In this document: piece after piece, positions 1 to 10,290 of the stretch
Layout of the letters: each line of letters opens with the position of its first letter
Position numbering within the stretch: the stretch's first letter is position 1
Origin: Alkalispirochaeta sp.
GTDB taxonomy: Bacteria; Spirochaetota; Spirochaetia; DSM-27196; Alkalispirochaetaceae
DNA: 64,000 nucleotides
Direction: 5' to 3'
Assembly: GCA_965242725.1 (NCBI GenBank)
Contig: CBDESZ010000007.1
Coordinates: forward strand, 73,578 to 137,577
Program-made: the position numbers and the translations under genes
The notes under the pieces: generated by a model
The model's input: the letters and a program-made list of their open reading frames with translations, nothing else
Databases searched by the model: none
What the model was told of the DNA's origin: nothing

Positions 1-594
1 TACGAGGCGCCGTCGATTTCCGCCGCGTCGTAGAGTTCCCGGGAAATTGAGGTGATGCTCGGATAGAGTATAAGAATTGTAAATGGCGCGTAGCGCCAAA
101 TATCAATGATGACGATTGCCGCAAAACTGGCAGTAGCGTTGGAAAACCAGTTTGGACCGGCGATGCTGAGCATTGAAAGGCCGTAGTTTATCAATCCGTA
201 GTCGGTATTGAACATATACTTCCACACAACGACTGCGACAACGTCACTGAGTGCAAACGGTGCGATATATAGGGCGACCCAGAATCGCTGTCCCGGAAAT
301 CCTCGAGCAAGCAACAGCGAAAAAGCCCAATGCCAGGAGAAACTCACCACCCACCGCGAGAAGAACAAACAGAAATGTTCGCGCTGTGGTTGCGATAAAT
401 CCGCTCGCATCGGTGAAGATCTCGAGGAAGTTGTCTATGCCGATGAATATCCGCGGACCGGTAAGCGAGTATTCATGAAAGCTCAGAACCAATGCCCAGA
501 TTGAAGGAACTATGAGTACTGCTACCAGAAAAGACACCACCGGCGTCAACAGTAGCAGACTGTGTAGTCGCTGCGCTTTTTCTGAACTACTCAT
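1..594 (-). CDS. Carbohydrate ABC transporter permease (MalF/UgpA-type), runs off window start; apparent +1 frameshift at A5 run 320-324
   Basis: ORF 244..594 is a permease N-terminus. Removing one base from the A5 run continues the frame as SLLLARGFPGQRFWVALYIAPFALSDVVAVVVWKYMFNTDYGLIN...ELYDAAEIDGAS (EAA motif). Confidence 0.85.
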
Positions 595-682
595 TCATTT
601 CCCCTTTTCCATGACCCGCTTGTAAAAGCTTCAAAAGTCGAATGATCAGGTTGGCTTCACACATTACATCTCTCCCCACCTG

Positions 683-1534
683 TCATTTCAGTGCGCCAAA
701 AGCAGTGCCTTGCAGCAGGAATCTCTGGATGGCCCAAAGGACGACCAATACCGGTATGAGCTGTACCGTCGTCGCAGCAAAGAGCTGTCCCCATGAAACG
801 CCGAACATCGCACCAAGCATTTCCTGTAATACAACCGGCGCGGTTACGGCGCGGGTACTTGTAAAAAGAAAGGCGAAGAAAAACTCGTTCCACGAGAAAA
901 TACCGACAAGCGCGCTTGCCGCAATAAGCCCTGGTGCAACCATAGGTATGGTGATACGCATAAAGGATCCAAACTTGCTGCAACCATCTATCAATGCGCT
1001 TTCTTCCAGTTCCGGCGGAATAGAGTCGAGAAATGCCTTCAATATCCAGGTGACGATGCTGACATAAAACACTGCGTAGAGAACAATCAGCGTCATATGC
1101 CGGTCTATCAGTCCGACCGACCGGAGAAAGGGAAAGAGAGGAATACTCAAAGCGACCGGCGGAAACATCCGTGCCGCGGTGATGAAGAACCCGCTCGATC
1201 TGACCCCCCGGTACCGGGAAAAACGGGAAAACGCGTATGCCGCCGGTAGCGCAATGGCAAGAGTCAAAGCAATGGCAAGGATTGTTATGACAGCGCTGTT
1301 GCCCAGGGAGGACCAGAAGTTTGGCCACTCTTCAAATAGTTTTAAATAGTTTTGCGACGTCGGCCTGAAGACAAAATCCGGTGGATACTCGAATATTTTC
1401 GACGGCGGCTTGATGGACGATGAGGCAATAAAGAGGATCGGGAACATCGACCAGACTGCTCCCAAAATCAATCCGGCCCACGCCAATGTATTTGAGGACG
1501 CGCTTTTCAATTTATATTTATTCAGTAGTTTCAT
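683..1534 (-). CDS. Carbohydrate ABC transporter permease (MalG/UgpE-type)
   Basis: Multiple TM segments, EAA loop ELEESALIDGCS, SWNEFFFA motif. Confidence 0.93.
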   Translation of the reverse strand: MKLLNKYKLKSASSNTLAWAGLILGAVWSMFPILFIASSSIKPPSKIFEYPPDFVFRPTSQNYLKLFEEWPNFWSSLGNSAVITILAIALTLAIALPAAYAFSRFSRYRGVRSSGFFITAARMFPPVALSIPLFPFLRSVGLIDRHMTLIVLYAVFYVSIVTWILKAFLDSIPPELEESALIDGCSKFGSFMRITIPMVAPGLIAASALVGIFSWNEFFFAFLFTSTRAVTAPVVLQEMLGAMFGVSWGQLFAATTVQLIPVLVVLWAIQRFLLQGTAFGALK

Positions 1535-1624
1535 GAATGTCCGTCTCCCCTTTTACGTACAGCCGGGTATGCTCAACGGGCCGTTCCAATTGGACATAGA
1601 AAATGGTGAAATACCATTCAATTC

Positions 1625-1653
1625 TTGGCCCCGGACTTACCGTCCGAGGCCAA
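1625..1653 (-). terminator. Intercistronic stem-loop downstream of SBP gene
   Basis: ttggccccggac-ttacc-gtccgaggccaa inverted repeat. Confidence 0.5.
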
Positions 1654-1688
1654 TCAATGATAATAACCATGCAGGCAATTGCGCTCTG

Positions 1689-3023
1689 TCAATCGACTTC
1701 CGGAGCAAGTTCCTCAAGACGTCGCTGAGCCGTTGCCAGTCCTTCTTCAATTTCCACGTCACCCAAAAGGATTCGCTGGAGCTGTTCGCCCAGAAAATCT
1801 CGCGACTCCGGAAAATTGTCAAAACCGGGGAAGAGAATCCGCCCATTCGTAAGAGAGGATAACTTCACCTGCGGGTCATAGGCGAGGCTATCGGTAAAGG
1901 TGGAATCATCAAATGTGGACGCACGAACCGGCGAGTTTCCGCTCAACGCCATTTGCAGTGTCGCATTCCGGCTCGACATGAATCGGACAAAGTCCCAGGC
2001 AGCATCCTTGTTTCTGGAGCCTTTCGGGATGACAAAAGCCCATTGAAAGACGATAGGATGCGTCACCTCATACCCTTCCGCCGGAGGAATGGGTACCACG
2101 CCGATATCGTCACGGGGAATTCCGTCTTCACCAGTCAGCTGCGCTACGTAGTCGGCGCCGGCTCCGATCATGGCTGCGCGGCCGCTCTTGAAGAGGGTGA
2201 TCCGATCACTGTTTGTCTGAGAACTCCAGTTGGGCCCCAGCGCACCGGCGTCGTACAGTTCCTTGTACTCCCTGAGAGTCTGGACGACCTCGGGTGACGT
2301 TGAAACCGTGACCTCGTAATCGAGTGTCATGAAGTCGCCATCTCTCGTCCGGATCCACCGTCCAAAAGAGAAGGGTCCTTCCTGTTTTACACCCATGTCG
2401 ACAAGGCCGTAGACCTGCTCGCCGCTGGTCCGGGTAAAGGTGAGTTCTTTTGCAAGAGAAACCAGTTCTTCCCAGGTCTCCGGTGGATTATCAATTCCCC
2501 GCTCTCTGAAGATCGCCTTGTTGTAAATCAACGCACCATCCGTTCCGGCGCGCATGGGTACACCGTACAGGTTTCCATTAATCTCCAGACTCGCGCGAAG
2601 TCCCTCAAAGATATCTTCCCACGCTTCCACCGGCCTGTCGGTCATATAGCCGTCTAGGGGCTTGAATAATTCGGTTACTCGCGGTGATACCCAGGGAGTG
2701 TACACATGTCCCACGTCAATGTCGGTATTCGCCAATGAGGCTTCTCTGAAGAGGCGGTCCCGAACACCGGGAGTTGGAGCGGTGATAAACCGTACTCCCG
2801 ACACACCGGGATGGGAGTCTACAAACTCGTCAACCAGATTCGCGCCACCGTTCTGGCCCATCATGAAGTTTTGATGTATCTGGTGGCCGATCACTACCAA
2901 TTCAACCGGCTCTGCCCCGGACAGATCCGCTCCCTCGCCTTCTTGAGACCCACCCGCCGAGACGGGAACAACAACGCACAAAAGTCCCACGAGGACTGCA
3001 AATAAATAGAATTTGCCTTTCAT
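1689..3023 (-). CDS. Sugar ABC transporter substrate-binding protein (family 1)
   Basis: Start MKGKF at 3023 with AGGAGG RBS; signal peptide ending VSAGGSQE; GNLYGVP, LIYNK, PETWEEL motifs. Confidence 0.92.
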   Translation of the reverse strand: MKGKFYLFAVLVGLLCVVVPVSAGGSQEGEGADLSGAEPVELVVIGHQIHQNFMMGQNGGANLVDEFVDSHPGVSGVRFITAPTPGVRDRLFREASLANTDIDVGHVYTPWVSPRVTELFKPLDGYMTDRPVEAWEDIFEGLRASLEINGNLYGVPMRAGTDGALIYNKAIFRERGIDNPPETWEELVSLAKELTFTRTSGEQVYGLVDMGVKQEGPFSFGRWIRTRDGDFMTLDYEVTVSTSPEVVQTLREYKELYDAGALGPNWSSQTNSDRITLFKSGRAAMIGAGADYVAQLTGEDGIPRDDIGVVPIPPAEGYEVTHPIVFQWAFVIPKGSRNKDAAWDFVRFMSSRNATLQMALSGNSPVRASTFDDSTFTDSLAYDPQVKLSSLTNGRILFPGFDNFPESRDFLGEQLQRILLGDVEIEEGLATAQRRLEELAPEVD

Positions 3024-3291
3024 TCTGAAACCTCCTTGAGGATTGTCTTCGTGTATCGTTGTACAACGGGTAACGTCAAATCGACAGTTATTAATGTAAC
3101 CGATTCGTACTCTCTTCCCCGGTACTAGGCGTATAAAAGTAAGCCACACAAGTCGGGCATGAGACCAACTTTAGAAGAGCCGTTGGGAGTACAAATTCAG
3201 GACATATATAACTGTGGCAACCCTTTTGGGCGCCATATACTGACGGGACACGTCAAGAGATGGGAGATCAACACAAAGGGAGGCATTACCC

Positions 3292-4242
3292 GTGACAGGA
3301 TTTACGCCGCTACAGGAATTGATTGTGTATGATGACTTTGATACCGGACTGAATGGATGGGTCAATCTGGCGCCAAATTTTCAAGAGGACAAAATGGACT
3401 ACTATCCGTCCCTCAAATGGGTATCCGACTGGGGTCCTCCCATGCTGAGCTCCGCCACCTTTGGCTATGCCGGGACACATGGATCTCTGCATGGAACCTA
3501 TTCAATGAAAATCGGTACGCGGCCCATAGCAGGCAAGGCCAGTGAACCTCCGATTACCGGGAGTATGGGACACGCAATTAAACGCCTCACGTTTTCAAAA
3601 AAGCAGCTGATAAAATGCGAAATGTGGTACTCCTACAAACCAGAGCAGGATCGTCAGGGTATCGGGGAGGAGGATGTCCGTGCCTTTGGCTTCTTCTTTG
3701 ACGTGCAGGACGAAGAAATTCGGTCCCACTATGGGGTCCGCTATTTGAATGCCGCCGACGGAGTTCTCCAACAACGGTGGCAATTGTTTTCCCCCTCCGG
3801 CGAGATCGATGGAGGGTGGGGAGACATGCGGGAGACAGCGCCGCCCGGGGCAACCGATGACGACCGGCGGAGGCGCTCGGTTAAGCTGGAAACGGGCATC
3901 GACCCACAATGGAACGGAAGGCGCTATGAGAACGGTTCGGGCGACGGCTTTTACGATATCCCGGACAGCACGCAGCGGCTCTGCTATAACGAAACTGCGG
4001 ATAAAATTAACTGGCACTACTTTTCGGTTACCATCGATGTGGCGACTCGGGAGTACGTCGAACTTCGTTCGGTCAACAAGGTGTTCCACCTTCGCGGTAT
4101 ACAACCGTTTCTCGTACCGGCACATCCGAGAATCAACAATCTACTGAATCCGGCCGTCTGGGTAGAATCCGACAGAGACAGGAGAGCCTTTCTCTATGTT
4201 GACTCGATCGCCATATCAACCGGCGAAAGGACAGAGGTATGA
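3292..4242 (+). CDS. Uncharacterised protein, DUF6772-like
   Basis: GGAGG RBS; YDDFDTGLNGW, PPMLSSATF..GTHGS..GTYSMK motifs match DUF6772 as I recall it. Confidence 0.7.
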   Translation: MTGFTPLQELIVYDDFDTGLNGWVNLAPNFQEDKMDYYPSLKWVSDWGPPMLSSATFGYAGTHGSLHGTYSMKIGTRPIAGKASEPPITGSMGHAIKRLTFSKKQLIKCEMWYSYKPEQDRQGIGEEDVRAFGFFFDVQDEEIRSHYGVRYLNAADGVLQQRWQLFSPSGEIDGGWGDMRETAPPGATDDDRRRRSVKLETGIDPQWNGRRYENGSGDGFYDIPDSTQRLCYNETADKINWHYFSVTIDVATREYVELRSVNKVFHLRGIQPFLVPAHPRINNLLNPAVWVESDRDRRAFLYVDSIAISTGERTEV

Positions 4243-4574
4243 GACAATTTTATACCGTTGTGCTTGAGCGTATTCGGCGTTACAAATCAGATTTTCAGAC
4301 TGAACCCTATGAGGTTGGATGGGCATCCGAAGCGATGTTTTTTATCCGCATGCATGAACTTACCGGTTCGGGGACCGTGATAGAAGCACGAGTACAGGTA
4401 TCGGTTGACGGAATTCATTGGATCGACGAAGGCACATCGTTTCCCGCCATCAATCACAAAGGCGACAATTTTATCCGGGTTTCACACTTCGGTGGTTGGC
4501 TGCGCCTTGCATGTACCCTCGCCGGCAAAGATCCGGAAGTCGAATTGACGGTGCAACTGGCACTGAAGGAGTAG
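4239..4574 (+). CDS. Uncharacterised protein, DUF6385-like
   Basis: ATGA overlap with upstream gene; TEPYEVGWASEA, VQVSVDGIHW, HFGGWLRL motifs. Confidence 0.7.
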   Translation: MRQFYTVVLERIRRYKSDFQTEPYEVGWASEAMFFIRMHELTGSGTVIEARVQVSVDGIHWIDEGTSFPAINHKGDNFIRVSHFGGWLRLACTLAGKDPEVELTVQLALKE

Positions 4575-4606
4575 TTAGATAGACACAGGGGAAAGCGCTG
4601 TATATC

Positions 4607-5938
4607 GTGGCGGATGGAAGGCATGGAAGTAGTACATACATCTCAGAGGTTCCCCCGTTGCGCAATCCCGTGTTCACGTCGATGACGTCATTGCAGGCGA
4701 TACGTACAAGAATACAAGGCTTCGGTACGATTGAGCAGGCGCTTTTCCCCCTCATTGGTTTGGTGGCGTTATTCCACGGCGCAGCGTGGATCGTATTTCT
4801 TTACGCACCTCACCACCCCGTATTACCGGTGGCATGGTCGACCGTCGTATCGGGAGGAATAATCCTTTCCTTTTGTCTCAGTATTGTCGCATGGCTGATG
4901 CGTACGGAAGCTGTCCAGATCGCTACGATAGTCGCACGTATCGGGATAATTCTGTTGATAGGACGCCCGTTCGGTGAAGAGGTGGCAACGGAACTTCTCC
5001 TGATTTCATCGTTGGTGATCGATATCGGTCTTATCCTTCGGCCTATAACCGCGATCTTCCTGATTATCGCCGTTATCTCGATCCTTGCGCTGAGCCAGGG
5101 TGAAATGCTGGCGTGGGACGGCACAATACCCGCAATGGAAGGATACGCGCTGGTCCTGCTAGTCTCGGTACCTGCGGCATTTGGTTACTGTTCCCTCTTT
5201 GTACGCCGAACAATCCGCCATCTGGCATTAAAACAGGATGAGCTTTCAACCATCGCGCGGGGCAGTATTGAAATGTACAAAGCAAACCTGGAATTGCAGC
5301 AGGCAAGTACGGAGGTGGAACGACGGGCTATGCAGGCGGAGCGGTGGCGTATCAGTAGAGAACTCCACGACATCGTCGGATACGCATTCATTAATGAGCG
5401 GATGCAACTGGAAGTCGCTCTCAGCCTCCTCTATAAGTCGCCCGATATCGAAGAGCTGGCCAATCTGTTAATGCGGCTCCGGCGGCAGGCGACACAGACA
5501 CTTGACGAGGCAAGAAAAGCAATACACGCATTGCGCACACCCTCGGAGGAGGCATCGGACGCACTGGAAAGGATCAGAACGCTGGTGGACGCGTTTGAGT
5601 CGACAACTATCGACGTAACTGCAAACTTCGGAAATGTCGTGCGCGTCAGCTTTGGCAGAGAAATAGATTCCGTTCTCTACCGGTTTACACAGGAAGGAAT
5701 CACCAACGCCATCCGTCACGGAGGGGCAAAGAAAATCGATATACTCATGTGGGAATACAAGGATGAGGTGATCATATCTGTGAGGGACAACGGTGTCGGA
5801 AATTCGGGAGACGGCATGGGTCTAGGATTGACCGGACTTGAAGAACGTGTGCAACAGCTTGGAGGTGCATTAACGACCGAATCCCTTCCCTATGGATTTC
5901 AACTATCGGCAAGATTGCCGCTTACGGCCGCGGAGTGA
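4607..5938 (+). CDS. Membrane sensor histidine kinase (HisKA_3/NarX-UhpB class); start uncertain
   Basis: N-terminal TM helices, H-box RELHDIVG, QEGITNAIRHG, DNGVG, GLGL. Confidence 0.9.
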   Translation: MADGRHGSSTYISEVPPLRNPVFTSMTSLQAIRTRIQGFGTIEQALFPLIGLVALFHGAAWIVFLYAPHHPVLPVAWSTVVSGGIILSFCLSIVAWLMRTEAVQIATIVARIGIILLIGRPFGEEVATELLLISSLVIDIGLILRPITAIFLIIAVISILALSQGEMLAWDGTIPAMEGYALVLLVSVPAAFGYCSLFVRRTIRHLALKQDELSTIARGSIEMYKANLELQQASTEVERRAMQAERWRISRELHDIVGYAFINERMQLEVALSLLYKSPDIEELANLLMRLRRQATQTLDEARKAIHALRTPSEEASDALERIRTLVDAFESTTIDVTANFGNVVRVSFGREIDSVLYRFTQEGITNAIRHGGAKKIDILMWEYKDEVIISVRDNGVGNSGDGMGLGLTGLEERVQQLGGALTTESLPYGFQLSARLPLTAAE

Positions 5939-5941
5939 ACA

Positions 5942-6622
5942 ATGGGTGCCATACGACTGCTACTGGCCGATGACCAGGCACTTTTTATTCAAGGACTGCT
6001 CAGAGTATTTGAATTGAATGCCGAGGATATTGAAGTAGTCGGCACCGCATTCAATGGCGAGGAAGCGGTCGCGTTGGCAAATCAACATCGCCCCGACTTT
6101 ATCCTGATGGACGTGCGTATGCCCGTCATGGACGGAGTAGAAGCAACACGAGTCATTCGTTCGGAACACCCGCAAATCGGCGTACTCATGTTGACAACCT
6201 TTGACGATGACCAGTATGTGAACAGCGCAATCCAGCACGGCGCAATCGGATATCTATTGAAAGACATTCCGGCACTTGAGCTCATTTCAGTTGTACGAAA
6301 TCTAAAAAGCATGTCCTCCAACACCGCTTCAACCATGGTGATTTCGCCCGCTGTGGCACGGAAGCTTTCCGCAGAATCATCGGATAGGAAAGCGCTAAGA
6401 AAATCCGAGCTGAGACGGCTGGTCAAGGAGTATGCAACTGAAGAGCTCACCCAACGGGAACTGGAAGTCCTCGAGCTGCTCACCCGGGAGTACGATAACC
6501 ATCTCATCGCGGAGAAGCTCTTTCTTGGCGAGCAGACCGTACGTAATTACGTCTCTACAATCTATGCCAAGCTCAACGTTAGTAACAGACTGGCTCTGAT
6601 CAGGCTTTTTGATGAGCGATAA
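5942..6622 (+). CDS. NarL/LuxR-family response regulator
   Basis: LLADD, LMDVRMP, LTTFDD, GYLLK; C-terminal LTQRELEVL...TVRNY HTH. Confidence 0.95.
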   Translation: MGAIRLLLADDQALFIQGLLRVFELNAEDIEVVGTAFNGEEAVALANQHRPDFILMDVRMPVMDGVEATRVIRSEHPQIGVLMLTTFDDDQYVNSAIQHGAIGYLLKDIPALELISVVRNLKSMSSNTASTMVISPAVARKLSAESSDRKALRKSELRRLVKEYATEELTQRELEVLELLTREYDNHLIAEKLFLGEQTVRNYVSTIYAKLNVSNRLALIRLFDER

Positions 6623-6811
6623 GGGCGGTCGGTATGCAGAACAAAGAATAATACTTCAAGCATAAAGCTGCGGCGTCTCTATTACCCCGGCAAATCCATA
6701 AGCGACGGGCCGCAATTCAAGGGAGATGCAGGAGTTTACCGGCGTCAGTCCGGAATGACCCGACAACGCGTTGAAGAAGGGGTACACCCATTCCCGTAAT
6801 CGCCATATAAA

Positions 6812-6831
6812 AATACCCAATTTGAGGTATT
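6812..6831. promoter_or_regulatory. Palindromic candidate regulator site upstream of lipoprotein gene
   Basis: AATACC-caatttga-GGTATT. Confidence 0.4.
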
Positions 6832-6907
6832 GTACGCCGCCGATCGCGATTTCATGCTCTAAACGAGGGAGTTATCACCCTTTTATCCAAAACGATGGAG
6901 GAATCTC

Positions 6908-9220
6908 GTGAAAAGTTGGAAACGCATTGGTGTTGTACTTGTGTCGATAGTCATATCTCTATTGGTCATCGGGTGTCCCAGCCCGGTTGGAGATGACGGC
7001 AGTTCCGGTGGCGGTGGTACGACATCCGGTGACGGATCCGGTGCAACCCAGGCCATCACATTGTCCCTGGACACGTGGGAGACGGCGACGATCGGTCTTG
7101 ATTCTCAATTATGGTTCTCTGCGTCCGTTTCAGCCGGTTCGGCATATCGAATTTCCTGGGATGACGCCGACGGCACCGGAACGTACGGGGTGGATCTCGT
7201 CATTGACGCCTATCATTCCGACGGGACGACAACCTATTTTTCCGATTCCGATTTCGGAGACGGTTCCAATAGCGACGACACGACCTATAAGGATGTGCAT
7301 ATTGCTGCGGGAGAAGATCGTATTTACATTGTCGCCGATTCTGAATACTTCAGTGAAAGCGGAACCTTCCGGGTACGTATTTCAGAAGTAAACCTGACCT
7401 ATGAGGGATCGGTAGAATCTCCGATACAGCTCACCGCCGGTCAGGCCCATAGCGGAAAAGTTGGAGATTTTACCGGCCTGGAAGATGACTACACAAGTTT
7501 CTATACATTCACGACGTCGACAGCCGGTGATTATTCAATCGCCGCGTCGGATGTATCTCCATCAGGCTATGATTTCAGTTACGCCGTGTATACCGGCAGC
7601 GATTTCTATACCGGCGAGGTGGCGTACGAAACAAACGACACCGGGATTACCGATCTGACACTGGACGGCACCACTACCTACTATGTGGAGATCATTAACT
7701 TTGGATCCAGTGCCGTCACATACACCCTTACCGTCACGGCGCCGTCCGGAGGCGGAACCACCCCATCGGCGACACTGTCCGGCCTTTCCGTGACCGATGC
7801 CTCGGACAACCCGATTGCACTGAGCCCCGTCTTTTCCGCGGACACCGGTTCCTATACTGCATCAGTTGCAAACTCGGTAAGTGAGGTAACCGTCGCCGCC
7901 ACCTCAACGGAGGCTACAGCAACGGTGCAGGTGAATGACAATACCTCCACCATGGCCGGGTATGACGAAGCCACCGTCACTCTTCCCGTCGGTGATACCA
8001 CGGTAACAGTTTCCGTCGATGATGGTACGGGGACGGGAACCTACACAATCGTGATCACCCGGGCCGAAGCAGGTTCCGTCCAAATCGGTAGCTGGTCGCA
8101 GATCGGATCGGGCGCCATCGGCCTCGTCGGGACCACCACTTACAACGATCCATCTCTGGCATTTGACACAAACTTCAATCCATACGTTGCCTACATCGAC
8201 GGCGACACCAAGGACGTCGGCGTCAAGCGGAGTACCGACGGTTCGACCTGGAGCGCCGTCGGCGGCAGTTCACTGAAGGACTTCTACAACGGATTGACGG
8301 GATCAATGGATGTGGACGTCGCGGTAACGGGTTCGGAAACGGCGGGACGTGTCTATGTCACCTCCAATGTGTCGACAACGCTGTTTTACATGCTCGCAAC
8401 AAACGCGATCAATCTGAGTACCGACAGCTGGGAAGGACCGTACGGCACGACGATGACCGACTATGATGCGTCCTACCTCTCCTGGGGTTACGAGGATAAG
8501 GGCCATTTCCAGTTTGTACTCAACGACACCTTCTATCTGGCCTATGATGACTCCGGTTCCAACGACGATCTCAACGACGGATTTGTGCTTCTGAGCAACG
8601 ACGGTACGTCCGTTGAATTCACCGAGGAACTGAGCAACGCCGGCGTCGACTGGACGTACAACCTGGCCGTGAAGGATCTGAACAATATGGCCGTCGGCGA
8701 CTACACATGGAACGGAACGGCAGGTCTCTATGACCTCACGGTATATACCGGGAACACGTCGACCGGATTTTCACAGGTCGATACGGCGACGATCAACACG
8801 ATCGCCACCGGGGACGGCCTCATGGCCCTGGACCTCGCATACAATCCGTCCTCCGGCAATCTGGGGGTTGTGGTCAGCGATGACGGCGGATTAACGCGAC
8901 TGTATGAGAACAATGGGTCGTCGTGGTCACAGATCGGCGGCGATATCGTTGCCGCAGCCGATGCAACGTCATACTCCTTCGTATGGTTGGCCTACAGCTC
9001 AACGGGCACGCCTTCGGTGCTGCTCGGCAATAGCGGCGGAACCTGGACGGGCGGAAAACGGTACAACTCGACATCAAGTTCCTGGGAAGCTCTGACCGAT
9101 GCACCAAACAGTGCGACAAAGGTGTCCGATGTCGCCTTTGCAAACGGAACCCTCTACGTCTGCGGAGCCTACAATAATGGAACCAACTACGAAGCGCGGG
9201 TATGGACCTTCGCCGAGTGA
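6908..9220 (+). CDS. Large acidic surface lipoprotein: PPC-like beta domains, cadherin-like beta-sandwich, probable C-terminal beta-propeller
   Basis: GGAGG RBS, lipobox LLVIG-C, Gly/Ser linkers, ATLSGLSV...LSPVFS...SYTASV...TYTIVITRA cadherin-like signature. Confidence 0.75.
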   Translation: MKSWKRIGVVLVSIVISLLVIGCPSPVGDDGSSGGGGTTSGDGSGATQAITLSLDTWETATIGLDSQLWFSASVSAGSAYRISWDDADGTGTYGVDLVIDAYHSDGTTTYFSDSDFGDGSNSDDTTYKDVHIAAGEDRIYIVADSEYFSESGTFRVRISEVNLTYEGSVESPIQLTAGQAHSGKVGDFTGLEDDYTSFYTFTTSTAGDYSIAASDVSPSGYDFSYAVYTGSDFYTGEVAYETNDTGITDLTLDGTTTYYVEIINFGSSAVTYTLTVTAPSGGGTTPSATLSGLSVTDASDNPIALSPVFSADTGSYTASVANSVSEVTVAATSTEATATVQVNDNTSTMAGYDEATVTLPVGDTTVTVSVDDGTGTGTYTIVITRAEAGSVQIGSWSQIGSGAIGLVGTTTYNDPSLAFDTNFNPYVAYIDGDTKDVGVKRSTDGSTWSAVGGSSLKDFYNGLTGSMDVDVAVTGSETAGRVYVTSNVSTTLFYMLATNAINLSTDSWEGPYGTTMTDYDASYLSWGYEDKGHFQFVLNDTFYLAYDDSGSNDDLNDGFVLLSNDGTSVEFTEELSNAGVDWTYNLAVKDLNNMAVGDYTWNGTAGLYDLTVYTGNTSTGFSQVDTATINTIATGDGLMALDLAYNPSSGNLGVVVSDDGGLTRLYENNGSSWSQIGGDIVAAADATSYSFVWLAYSSTGTPSVLLGNSGGTWTGGKRYNSTSSSWEALTDAPNSATKVSDVAFANGTLYVCGAYNNGTNYEARVWTFAE

Positions 9221-9255
9221 CGGGTAGCACCCAGCATACCCGGTGATTGAAATCA

Positions 9256-9288
9256 GGAGCGCGGGATCATGACCGGATCCTGCGCTCC
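9256..9288. terminator. Hairpin between convergent genes
   Basis: ggagcgcgggatc-atgaccg-gatcctgcgctcc. Confidence 0.6.
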
Positions 9289-9303
9289 GTCCCGGTAACG
9301 CGC

Positions 9304-10068
9304 CTAACCACCACCGACGATTTTATCAAAGCGGCTGTCCATGCATACGCTGATGTCGGTAGTGATAAAACGGCCGTCCAGAAAGAGACTGAATATCGTC
9401 GCCGGCGAGGGACACGTCTGCGCGTCCGCCCTCGTTTCCAGTTTGATCGTCTTCAGCGGCAGACCCCGCTTCCCGGCAGTTTCGACGAGGGATTCCCTGA
9501 CGTGGTATTCGGCATAGGGGCAGCCGTTTGAGTAATAGGCGACGAGACCCTTCCCGTCCGGGCATGTGCCGCTGCGCACGGACTCGTTGAAAGCGGGTTT
9601 CTCGACGGAAGAGGCGAAGTCCAACGATATGAGGCTGAACCCGGAGGGGATGGTCTCGACGGTCTCAAACCCCTGTTGCAACAACCACTTTGTGTCGCTC
9701 ATGAAGTGGAATTTCTTTGTACCGACGACGGTTACCACGCCGCTCATTCCCTGATTGATCGCGTCCTCAACCACCCCCGCGAGCAACGCTTTTCCATGCC
9801 CCGTCCCTTTGTACTTCCCGGAAACCCAGAAGCACCCGACCATCATGTAATTGGGCGCCGTCACGGGAACCCAGGCATTCTCGGCGGGACCGTATTCAAT
9901 GAACACCTTCGCCCGTTCATCAAGACGGCGAAAGACATAGCCATTGTCAAATTGTGCGGAGAGCCACTGTTTTTTCAGCTCATAGCTCTCGGCACACTTT
10001 TTGTCGGAAAAAGCGCAGCAGATATGCTCGTTCTTTACGGTTTCCTTTGTCAGTGTCACATATGCCAT
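9304..10068 (-). CDS. GNAT N-acetyltransferase with C-terminal YoaP-like domain
   Basis: EHICCA, CFWVSGKYKGTGHGKALL acetyl-CoA motif, C-terminal CPY...PSPATIFSLFLDGRF. Confidence 0.88.
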   Translation of the reverse strand: MAYVTLTKETVKNEHICCAFSDKKCAESYELKKQWLSAQFDNGYVFRRLDERAKVFIEYGPAENAWVPVTAPNYMMVGCFWVSGKYKGTGHGKALLAGVVEDAINQGMSGVVTVVGTKKFHFMSDTKWLLQQGFETVETIPSGFSLISLDFASSVEKPAFNESVRSGTCPDGKGLVAYYSNGCPYAEYHVRESLVETAGKRGLPLKTIKLETRADAQTCPSPATIFSLFLDGRFITTDISVCMDSRFDKIVGGG

Positions 10069-10275
10069 TCACGTCTCCTCTATCCGACCGTTAATCCATC
10101 CCCGGCGGAGCGCTTGGATGACCACGTCGTTCCAGACGACACTGGGTATTCCGGTCTTTTTCTTGAACATTTTGACCCACAGTTCGCGCACCTTCATGTG
10201 GTTGGCTCTGAGCCACCGACCGAGCTCTTCGGGAGTGGCGAAGGCAACGATCTTGTCCTGATTTGGTTCATCCAT
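10069..10275 (-). pseudogene. Truncated YdeI/OmpD-associated family protein (N-terminal part only)
   Basis: AFATPEELGRWLRANH..ELWVKMFKKKTGIPSV.W..AL..GWING then stops at 68 aa. Confidence 0.7.
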
Positions 10276-10290
10276 AAGACGGCGCCGGCC

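Noticed and set aside
3055..3210. Scattered GTAC motifs as response-regulator boxes
   Set aside because: Irregular spacing and a short core; cannot be distinguished from background.
6685..6760. Possible c-di-GMP-I riboswitch (GGCAAA...GGGCCGCAA) upstream of the lipoprotein
   Set aside because: No convincing P2 stem with GNRA loop and no P3/receptor. Needs an Rfam scan; not supportable by eye.
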